DNA of 63,481 bases, filler included, from Octopus bimaculoides (taxonomy: Eukaryota): NCBI RefSeq assembly GCF_001194135.2. It is 5 parts of 5 records of this genome, joined end to end, with 100 filler letters (N's around TTAATTAATTAA, not from the genome) between each part and the next. Parts side by side here need not be neighbours in the genome. Positions count along the whole stretch, not along the records: positions 38,871 to 63,481 come from NC_068993.1; 4 more parts are not named here. The stretch is one strand, 5' to 3'. The translations under genes and the position numbers were made by a program. The notes below the pieces were generated by a model. The model saw only the letters and a list, made by a program, of their open reading frames with translations, did not search any database and was not told the origin of the DNA. Below are positions 53,500 through 63,481 of this stretch, piece after piece. Within the stretch, counting starts at the first letter, position 1. Every line of letters starts with the position of its first letter.

Positions 53500-54249
53500 A
53501 TCCACGTAGCAATCTTTTACATAAAACGCGTTTAAAACTTTTCTTCGGTGTTGTTATTTATGCCCTGATGTATATGTGTGTATATAATGTATACAAGGAG
53601 GGGTGTGTATATGTCAGTTTGTGTGTCTGTCGGTCTGTAAATATGTATTACTCTTTTACTCTTTTACTAGTTTCAGTCATTTGACTACGGCCATGCTCGG
53701 GCACCGCCTTTAGTCGAGCAAATCGACCCCAGGACTTATTCTTTGTAAGCCTAGTACTTATACTATCGGTCTCTTTTGCCGAACCGCTAAGTTACGGGGA
53801 CGTAAGCACACCACCATTTGTTGAGGGGACAAACACAGACACACAAACATATACACACACATACACACATATATACGACAGGCTTCTTTCAGTTTCCGTC
53901 TACCAAATCAACTCACAAGGCTTTGATCGGCCCGAGGCTATAGTAGAAGACACTTGCCCAAGATGCCACGCAGTGGGAGTATGTATGTATGTATGTATGT
54001 ATGTATGTATGCATTCATTTATGTATGTATGTATCTGTGTATCTATGAGTATGTATGAATGAATCTATATATGATTATATATATGCGTTTATGTATGTAT
54101 GAATGAATGTACGTAGTTATCAGGGTAGGATTAACCATTAAGCCAGATAAGCAACTGCTTAGGGCATAAAAGGGAACGGAAGGGGACCACAGAAATGGTT
54201 TATAGCACACAAAACAAATTACTTTTAAACTTGCTCAAATAATATTCTA

Positions 54250-54432
54250 AGTGTACATTATTTACGTCATTTACATTATTTACATTCGACGGATATTTGT
54301 CCTCATCTTGTTTGTTGTTAACATAACGTTTCGGCCGATATATCCTCCAGCCTTCATCAGGTGTCTTGAGGAAATTTCGAACCTGGGTTCTCATTCCTAA
54401 GGTATTTTTCGATGTTGTTGTTGTTGTTGTTG

Positions 54433-54471
<39 letters not shown>

Positions 54472-54540
54472 TCACTGGCTGGAATCGAACTCGGAATCTT
54501 GGGGTTAGTAGCCCGCGCTCTTAACCACTACGTCATATGC
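54250..54540 (-). mobile_element. Complete tRNA-headed SINE-like element: tRNA-like head + (AAT)n/(AAC)n + tail with hammerhead-like motif
   Basis: Minus strand: gacgtagtggttaagagcgcgggctactaaccccaagattccgagttcgattcc (A- and B-box-like), then a microsatellite, then ...gacacctgatgaaggctggaggatatatcggccgaaacgttatgtt...aaatgtaaataatgtaaat. Other copies at 11157-11480, 34715-34980 and 54541-54673. Confidence 0.8.
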
Positions 54541-55907
54541 CTGATGAAGGCTGGAGGGTATATATCAACCGAAACTTTGTGTTAACAACAAACAAGATGA
54601 AGACAACTATCAGTCAAATGTAAATAATGTAAATAATGTACATAATTCCTCATCTCTTAAATATAGAACTGTATTAATATTCTAAGTGGTTGACATGATC
54701 GGAAATATAACTTCGAAGTATTTATGGTGTCATTGTGAATTCTGAGTTCGAGTTGCATCGAGATCAGTTTTGTCATTCATCCTCTATCTTCCTCCACACT
54801 CGTAAATTAGTAAGTAGCTTGCTTACGAACCACATGGTTCCGGGTTCATTCCCACTGCGTGGCACCTTGGGCAAGTGTCTTCTACTGTAGCCTCGGGCCG
54901 ACCAAAGACTTGTGAGTGGATTTGGTAGACGGAAACTGAAAGAAGCCCGTCGTATATATGTANNNNNNNNNNNNNNNNNNNNNNNNNNNNNNNNNNNNNN
55001 NNNNNNNNNNNNNNNNNNNNNNNNNNNNNNNNNNNNNNNNNNNNNNNNNNNNNNNNNNNNNNNNNNNNNNNNNNNNNNNNNNNNNNNNNNNNNNNNNNNN
55101 NNNNNNNNNNNNNNNNNNNNNNNNNNNNNNNNNNNNNNNNNNNNNNNNNNNNNNNNNNNNNNNNNNNNNNNNNNNNNNNNNNNNNNNNNNNNNNNNNNNN
55201 NNNNNNNNNNNNNNNNNNNNNNNNNNNNNNNNNNNNNNNNNNNNNNNNNNNNNNNNNNNNNNNNNNNNNNNNNNNNNNNNNNNNNNNNNNNNNNNNNNNN
55301 NNNNNNNNNNNNNNNNNNNNNNNNNNNNNNNNNNNNNNNNNNNNNNNNNNNNNNNNNNNNNNNNNNNNNNNNNNNNNNNNNNNNNNNNNNNNNNNNNNNN
55401 NNNNNNNNNNNNNNNNNNNNNNNNNNNNNNNNNNNNNNNNNNNNNNNNNNNNNNNNNNNNNNNNNNNNNNNNNNNNNNNNNNNNNNNNNNNNNNNNNNNN
55501 NNNNNNNNNNNNNNNNNNNNNNNNNNNNNNNNNNNNNNNNNNNNNNNNNNNNNNNNNNNNNNNNNNNNNNNNNNNNNNNNNNNNNNNNNNNNNNNNNNNN
55601 NNNNNNNNNNNNNNNNNNNNNNNNNNNNNNNNNNNNNNNNNNNNNNNNNNNNNNNNNNNNNNNNNNNNNNNNNNNNNNNNNNNNNNNNNNNNNNNNNNNN
55701 NNNNNNNNNNNNNNNNNNNNNNNNNGGTGGGGTTGGTGGTGTAGTTGGACCCTTCGATTCTTAAAGCATATAATAAAAGAAGGCAATATTATTAAACGTT
55801 ATCCTGGCCCTTTCATTCAAGCGAACGCAAACTATGTTGCATGGAAGGTATTCTGCTATTCAAGTGTATAAAGTCAGAGAGAAATTAATGGTGTGGAATT
55901 ACAAGCA

Positions 55908-55956
<49 letters not shown>

Positions 55957-55973
55957 CACATGTATATACATGC

Positions 55974-56012
<39 letters not shown>

Positions 56013-56287
56013 TATAATATACCCATATAAGTATATATAATATAATATTAGAGGAATAACACAATACACAGACAGCACACGCATAAGTATATGTATATAT
56101 GTATATATATATATACACTTATATATGTATGTAATATGATAATATATATGTATATATGTATGTGTGTGTGTGTAGAGAGAGAGAGAGAGGAGGAGGGAGA
56201 GAGATCTTGCTCTCTTTATGATATACCAAGATGTTTCTCTCTTATTACTAGTGCTAATTTATCGTTTGGCATGTTTGTATGTGTGTG

Positions 56288-56360
<73 letters not shown>

Positions 56361-56521
56361 TGAGTGAGTGAGTGAGATGTACGCTGCGCGGTTAAGATTT
56401 TGTTTCGATCCTATTGGGTGACACCAGAACCAAAAATCTCCAAAAGCCTCCCAGTGACCAAAGCCTTGTGAGCGGAAATTTTCTTCGTGGAATCTGTGTG
56501 TAAACCCCTTGCACGCGCATG

Positions 56522-56564
<43 letters not shown>

Positions 56565-57109
56565 TTTTTTAATGCATGCAGACCGTACAGGGTGGCCACG
56601 TTTGGCAGGCGGTAGTGCAATTGCTATATTACGTTTTAGGGAGGGGGTGGTTAATTTGGTCACCGCACAGGGATGGCTATTAAGTGTAGGCGCGTGGCTT
56701 AGTGGTTACGGTATTCGGCTAACGATTGAAAGGTAATGAGTTCGATTCCCGGCGGAGTGTTGTGTCCTTGAGCAAGACACTTTATTTTACGGTTGCTTCA
56801 GGTTGCTCCAGTCCACTCATCTGGCAAAAATGAGTTGTACCTGCATTTAAAAGGGCCAGCCTTGTCTATTCATTGTCACGCTGAGTCTCCCCGAGAACTA
56901 CGTTAAGGGTACACGTGTCTGTGGAGTGCTCAGCCACTTGCACGCTAAATTTCACGAGCAGGCCGTTCTGTTGAACCCTTGTCGTCTTAACCGACGGAGT
57001 GCCAGTGAATTCGCTACATCACCGCTCACAGTTCACCTGACCCACCTGATCAATCTTGAAACAGCTTTTGCTGCTTCTGGATAGTTACATGGAGACACGA
57101 ACACGAAAC

Positions 57110-57570
57110 ACAAATCGCCGCTGGTAAAATATCCGTTTAGAAGAGCATTTATGGATAAAGAATTCTACGGAATAAAACAAGTACTAAACGACATGGGGTA
57201 TTGTTACAAACTGATAGATCAAAAAAATAGAACATTATAGATACAATATAACAAAATCATCAGATACTTCGTCAATTAAAAACACACAGACTACACATAC
57301 ATTGTGTTATATAAAGCAAATGAATAGATATCTATAAAATGGAGGAACACATAATCAAAAACCTCATTGAACAGAACACAAAATGCATTGCACCAAACGA
57401 TAAATTAACGCTAGTAATTTTCTAACAAAAACACTGAAATTAAAAAAGATCTTATCAATAAAAGAAATTGCACTCATTTACAACCGAGAATAAGCTACTA
57501 ATGACTAATGACTAATGTGATTTATAAATTCGGTTGCAAAGGTCAAAGTTGTAAACGTCACCACTGTTAT
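57110..57570 (+). mobile_element. Penelope-like element RT-thumb / GIY-YIG remnant
   Basis: Segments ..RRAFMDKEFYGIKQVLNDMGYCYKLID and NVIYKFGCKGQSC resemble PLE C-terminal patterns (E...I...L..NGY; V[IV]YKF.C). Confidence 0.6.
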
Positions 57571-57594
57571 AGTGGTGATGTAGAAGTACGACTG

Positions 57595-57979
57595 TGGAGG
57601 CGCAATGGCCCAGTGGTTAGGGCAGCGGACTCGCGGTCATAGGATCGCGGTTTCGATTCCCAGACCGGGCGTTGTGAGTATTTATTGAGCGAAAACACCT
57701 AAAGCTCCCCGAGGCTCCAGCAGAGGATGGTGGCGAACCCTGCTGTACTCTTTCACCACAACTTTCTCTCACTCTTACTTCCTGTTTCTGTGGTGCCTGA
57801 AATTAACGTGCAAGTGGCTGAGCACTCCACAGACACGCTGAATATCCCCGAAAACTACATTAAGGGTACACGTATCTGTGGAGTGCTCAGCCACTTGCAC
57901 GTTAATTTCACGAGCAGGATGTTCCGTTGGTCGGATCAACTGGAACCCTCGACGTCGTAAGCGACGGAGTGCCAACAAC
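57595..57979 (+). mobile_element. tRNA-derived SINE (family C) with 13-bp target-site duplication
   Basis: A box TGGCCCAGTGG, B box GGTTTCGATTCC (57649-57660), (CAA) tail; AGAAGTACGACTG repeated at 57582-57594 and 57980-57992. Related, more decayed copies near 56688, 34170, 18920, 13300 and 12200. Confidence 0.9.
57799..57909. repeat. 39-bp near-perfect hairpin inside a SINE
   Basis: gaaattaacgtgcaagtggctgagcactccacagacacg (57799-57837) and its reverse complement at 57871-57909, with 1 mismatch. Confidence 0.95.
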
Positions 57980-58089
57980 AGAAGTACGACTGCAGGAATG
58001 CTTTGTCGTGCGGCTCTTAGTGTTTGTTGGCAGCAACACCCTTCAAAGCAGCGGTTGTGTAAGCAGTCTTTCTACCTTTTCATCAGGAA

Positions 58090-58330
58090 TCAGAGAAAGA
58101 AGAACGTTTATGCAGGACACTGCTGGAAAAGCAAGGATGAAATATCTAACGATCTCATTGTCTAAGAACCCACGCAACGGCGCTCAGATATCGGCAAACT
58201 AAGGAGAGTATACAACGATCGACTTGTGGAAGAGACTGGATATTAGATTGAGAAAGGATATGAAGACTGTTATGGAAGATCGGGTTATTTGGGTTGGAAG
58301 GGTTACACTGGTCAAGGCCGTGAAATTCTT
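58090..58330 (+). mobile_element. RTE-type LINE 3'-terminal fragment
   Basis: Translations DLIV*EPTQRR... and KDMKTVMEDRVIWVGRV resemble the RTE C-terminal WEPTHG...MEDR..WR motif. Confidence 0.55.
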
Positions 58331-58661
58331 TTTCCCACGAGAGTTCCGGACTCCAGTAATGAACTCATTTGCATACAGCCAATCAGAGCTCATCTTGACC
58401 TTGTTGTCAAGTTAACAAGCACACACACTATCAAGGAAACTCAAGACGAAGAACGGTGTTGTAAGTCGACCGATCGCCAAGTTGTGCCTGATTTTAGAAG
58501 GAGACAAGTAATTAGATAGATCTGCGCTCATAAATTAGTTTGATAGACAGACAGATAGACAGACAGTCAGACAGACAGATAGATAGATAGATAGATAGAC
58601 GGACGGACGGATAGGTAGGTAGGTTGGTAGGTAGGTAGGTAGATAAATAGCTAGCTAACTG

Positions 58662-58702
<41 letters not shown>

Positions 58703-59272
58703 GTAGACAGATAGACACAGATCGATAGCTAGCCAGCTAAATGTATTGATAAGTATGGGGGGGGGGAGACTAATGATATGTCCCTGCTGCCCTCATCTAT
58801 CAAAATATTTTCACGGCTCACATCAATATTGAGATTAGAAATTCATTAATTCACACACACACACACCCACAAAACCCACCGACACCCCCCCCCACACACA
58901 CACATTTACATATACATGTCCTTCGCTGGTTTCATTTATCAAAACATTTTCGCTTCACTTCAATATGGAGATCAAAATTACACACACACATACACATGCA
59001 CATTTATATGTGTATACATATATCTATGTGTATACTGATGTATGTGCATGTATGTATAATATATAGTATATGTGTATGTGTATACATTGGGAAAGCTTTT
59101 GCATACAGTGAAAAGGTCTTCGTCGAAAGTACAAAACTACATGAGGAATGCAGTTTAGAGTTTCGAAGGTTAGAAGCCACTCCCGGAAATATGAAGATTT
59201 AGATAATTTGGTGCGTGTATGTGTGTGTCTGTACACATACACACACACACTTACACACACACACACATACAC

Positions 59273-59328
<56 letters not shown>

Positions 59329-59529
59329 GAGCATAATGGGCCCCTGTATAATTAACTCTCCATGCGTATATACACCAGTAAGCTAACGACGTTCATTACA
59401 AACTTTCTTGTTCCCTTGTCATTTATGTAATCTCGTATTACGCTCTGTACTCGACTAATGCTTCGTTCTGAAACATGTATATGTATATATTTCGCCATGA
59501 TAGATCGCTGACCACTACATTTATATTTT

Positions 59530-59692
59530 TTCCTCCTTGTTTCTCTCCTTATTTCTTTCCGTGTTCCTTTCAGTTGAAGAGCGTAGGCTCGAAATGTCAA
59601 AGACTTTCTCTATTCCCGAGCGTTAAACTATTACATCCATTTGTTGTTTACACCACCTGTCTTCGTCTGTTGTTTTTGTCGTAAATTCTCCC

Positions 59693-59700
<8 letters not shown>
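59530..59700 (+). repeat. Dispersed repeat carrying the family-2 hammerhead-like motif; second copy 62720-62880
   Basis: Shared gtgttcctttc..gaagagcgtaggctcgaaa.gt.aaagactttc...cgagcgttaaact..tacat...gttgtttacac.acc.gtcttcgtc in both copies. Confidence 0.8.
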
Positions 59701-59723
<23 letters not shown>

Positions 59724-59856
59724 TATATGGAACAAAAACGCAATAGAGGGCATTAAAACGTTCGGACAGATAGACGAAACAAAGGTGAAGAAGTGGCTTA
59801 GTCGCCGATGGCCCCGTCAGGTACTGGGTTACGTGATATCAGTAGCACTAAGAGTG

Positions 59857-59898
<42 letters not shown>

Positions 59899-59904
59899 CA
59901 CACA

Positions 59905-61110
59905 CACATACTTATATAGAAGTGCCATCTATTCTGGGCAGTGAAACTGAAAATGTCCTCAAGTTGTTGGAAGCAGACAAAGCTCTAGGAAGAGATGATA
60001 TAACAACGGAGATGCTAAGGTGTAGAAGTGAAGAGGCGTGAAAAATCCTCGTTCTACGCTTCAATCGTTATTTGAAGAAGAGTAAATCACTCTCGTTACG
60101 GAAAGAATCGAATACCATCGTACTTAATCAAAAGGGTGATACAGAAGATGAAAGAAGTTATCGCCTCATAATACTTCTTGTCTCAGCTCTATAAATCTGT
60201 TTACAAAGGTCAAAGTTACCAGACTATCAGAATATCTCGATGACCAGCAGCCGAGGAAGAAAACGGGTTTCCGTAAGAACTACTGTACAATGACCACATT
60301 CACTCTTGCATCTTACAGATCCAGCGAAAGTATACAACTTGCCTCCGTACATCGCTTTCGTTGGCTGCGAAAAGGCATTCGACAACGCCGAGATGAATTT
60401 AGTACCGAAATTTCTGGAAATGCAAAGAGTCCACGTACAATACACCCAACTGCTCAAGGATGTGAACTTCAGATGCATCCTGTCTATAGATTTGCTATCA
60501 CCACCGGTATGAATTCCATTTGGGAAGGGTGTCAAACAAGGAAATACCATCTCTCCAAAGCTTTTCATTGTTTGTCTAGAATTCGTCATTAGAGACATTG
60601 ACTGGACAGGTGGTGTGAACATTAACGGTGAGCTACTAACCAGAGATGTGGATGTTGAAATCTCGAAGAGAATAAAGACAAAATGGAAGGTGTTTACCCC
60701 AATAAATGATGTAACCAAAGCAAATCTTGGCAAAATTACGCATGTCAGACTCTTGAAAAGCATCGTCCTACATGCGCTCTTATACGCAAGTGAGATTCGG
60801 GCCGCTACGAAGAGGGAAAAAACATCGATTTGTTACGATGCAAAAGGCCATGGAAAGAAGATCCATGCGAAAGTATAAGCGAAATAAGGTAATCCGAGGA
60901 TGGAGCGATCGCAGACGACAGAAAGCACAATTTCGCTGGGCCGGACATGTCGCAAGGTTCACAGACAACTGGTGGACTTGTGAAGCTGCTGAGTGGCATC
61001 CAAGGAATTAGAAAAGGTCATCTGGAAGGCTTCTACGATGATGGGAAAACGATTTAGTTTAAACGATCTGAACGAAGATGGAAAAGAATGGCGAAATCAA
61101 GAAAGAATTG
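59905..61110 (+). mobile_element. Decayed RTE-clade LINE reverse transcriptase and 3' end
   Basis: KALGRDDITTEML, YNLPPYIAFVGCEKAFD, GKGVKQGNTISPKLF, GVNINGELL, RWAGHVARFTDNWWT..AEWHPR motifs across several frames. Confidence 0.9.
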
Positions 61111-61519
61111 GAAGTGAATTGTGTATGACAAGGTATTACATCTGATTGTTTGGTCGGTACAGTCATACATTGTATGTATGTATGTATGTATGTATGTATT
61201 TATTTATGTATGTATGTATGTATGTATGTATGTATGTATGTACGTATGTATGTATGTATGTATGTATGTATGTATGTATGTGTGCAATATTATATATTAC
61301 ACATGCATAAAGATATATAGATAGATTGAGAGAGATATATACTACACACACACACAGACACACACATGTATAAACATATACATACGTAGATGCATACGTT
61401 TGTATATGTATGCGTCTACGTATATATATATATGTGTGTATGTACACATATATACATGTACTTATGTGTGTGCAAATATGTGTGTGCGTTTACGTATATG
61501 TCGATGTGGGTGTATATTG

Positions 61520-61563
<44 letters not shown>

Positions 61564-61777
61564 CCTTTACAGTGCAAATATATAAATAATGTGTGTGAAA
61601 TACTAAATCCGTGCATGAACAACGACACTGCTAACCAGCTGCGCACTATTTTTCGGGCAACGCCGGGTATCTTTCCAGTACAGTAATATGGAGTAGGCAG
61701 AGCGACAACTTAAAATAGAACAAATGAAAAACATCTTTAGCGACTTCAGATACAAAATAATGACAACCTAGGATTAG

Positions 61778-61832
<55 letters not shown>

Positions 61833-61864
61833 CCCTTCTCTATCTATCTACATACATAACTATT

Positions 61865-61896
<32 letters not shown>

Positions 61897-61915
61897 ATCT
61901 ATCTGTCTGTCTGTG

Positions 61916-61970
<55 letters not shown>

Positions 61971-62755
61971 ATCCCTATCTGTCTGTCTGTCTGTCAATCT
62001 ATCTAAAAAGCGACACACAACTACCCACCCACGCACACACGCACACACGACACACANNNNNNNNNNNNNNNNNNNNNNNNNNNNNNNNNNNNNNNNNNNN
62101 NNNNNNNNNNNNNNNNNNNNNNNNNNNNNNNNNNNNNNNNNNNNNNNNNNNNNNNNNNNNNNNNNNNNNNNNNNNNNNNNNNNNNNNNNNNNNNNNNNNN
62201 NNNNNNNNNNNNNNNNNNNNNNNNNNNNNNNNNNNNNNNNNNNNNNNNNNNNNNNNNNNNNNNNNNNNNNNNNNNNNNNNNNNNNNNNNNNNNNNNNNNN
62301 NNNNNNNNNNNNNNNNNNNNNNNNNNNNNNNNNNNNNNNNNNNNNNNNNNNNNNNNNNNNNNNNNNNNNNNNNNNNNNNNNNNNNNNNNNNNNNNNNNNN
62401 NNNNNNNNNNNNNNNNNNNNNNNNNNNNNNNNNNNNNNNNNNNNNNNNNNNNNNNNNNNNNNNNNNNNNNNNNNNNNNNNNNNNNNNNNNNNNNNNNNNN
62501 NNNNNNNNNNNNNNNNNNNNNNNNNNNNNNNNNNNNNNNNNNNNNNNNNNNNNNNNNNNNNNNNNNNNNNNNNNNNNNNNNNNNNNNNNNNNNNNNNNNN
62601 NNNNNNNNNNNNNNNNNNNNNNNNNNNNNNNNNNNNNNNNNNNNNNNNNNNNNNNNNNNNNNNNNNNNNNNNNNNNNCTTATCCATTCACACACACACAT
62701 ATATGCCACTAAACTTTTTTTTTAAAATTTTTCCTCCCTGTTTATTTCTGTGTTC

Positions 62756-62791
62756 CTTTCTATCGAAGAGCGTAGGCTCGAAACGTAAAAG
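62756..62791 (+). ncRNA. Hammerhead-like motif (family 2), variant core
   Basis: Stem I CUUU/AAAG; core CUAUCGAA; stem II GAGC-GUAG-GCUC; GAAACGUA. Sister copy at 59567-59602 (core CAGUUGAA, GAAAUGUC). Both cores deviate from CUGANGA. Confidence 0.45.
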
Positions 62792-63481
62792 ACTTTCCGA
62801 GCGTTAAACTAATACATTTGTTAGTTGTTTACACACCCGTCTTCGTCTTTTGTTTTTTCGTAAATTCTCACTATATATCTGTATAGAAGAAACAGTACTG
62901 TACTGTAAAGTTTAAAAAATCATTTTTATAATTTGTATATATTTATTTTATTATGAATGCAAAACACCACCACGGGGGAATCGAAGTAATCTTAAATAAT
63001 AAACCGCGATATGGCGTGGGATTAATGTACTTGTTTCAGTCATTGGACTACGGCCATGCTGGGGCACCACCTTGAAGGGTTTAGCTGACCAAATTGACCC
63101 CCATCTTGTACGTATTATTAAGCCTGACACTTATTTTATCGGTCTCTTTTGCCGAGGCGGTTGGTGACGAGGACGTAAACAAACCAACACCGGTTGTCAA
63201 GCGGTGCTGAGGGACAAACACAAAGACACACACACACAGACAGATAAACACACACACACACACATACACACACACACAGACAGATAGACACACACACACA
63301 CACATACACACACACACAGACAGATAGACACACACACACACACATACACACACACACAACAGGCTTGTTCCAGTTTCTGTCGGCTTTGGTCAACCCGCGC
63401 GGCTATAGTAAGAGACACTTGGCCAAGGTGCCTCGCAGTGGGACTGAACCCAAGACACATGGTTAGAAAGCAAGCTTTTCT

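Noticed and set aside
57599-57675. Functional tRNA gene
   Set aside because: The tRNA-like head runs directly into a SINE body with a tail and TSD; no convincing acceptor stem or oligo-T terminator. The same applies to the other SINE heads.

Overview
AT-rich, microsatellite- and transposon-dense animal genomic DNA. The SINE and Penelope-type repeat landscape suggests a cephalopod (Octopus-like), which is my inference and not a database result. The window is five blocks joined by four identical 100-bp artificial spacers (44 N + TTAATTAATTAA + 44 N), plus several ordinary N gaps, so gene contiguity across spacers is unreliable. By reading splice sites and frames by hand I reconstructed three host-gene fragments that the ORF track largely misses: (1) seven in-phase exons of an SLC6 Na+/Cl--dependent amino-acid/neurotransmitter transporter (- strand, 36475 to 23871, EL2 to about TM9); (2) the first two coding exons of mitochondrial HSP90 TRAP1 (- strand, 53339-53207 and 50463-50260); (3) one CENP-I-like exon (+ strand, 7400-7531). 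Mobile DNA includes a full-length-sized decayed Tc1 (DD34E), a maT (DD37D) derivative, a Tx1/L1-type LINE, RTE LINEs, R4/Dong-type RLE fragments, Penelope RT/GIY-YIG remnants, hAT, mariner and piggyBac-like MITEs, and at least four SINE families. The most interesting signal is two families of dispersed non-coding repeats containing minimal hammerhead-ribozyme folds with a palindromic stem III. One family is fused to a tRNA-derived Pol III head through an (AAT)n linker, i.e. a candidate ribozyme-bearing SINE or retrozyme. Also notable are a ~1 kb-arm inverted repeat with a LINE fragment as loop and several fold-back or nested insertion events.
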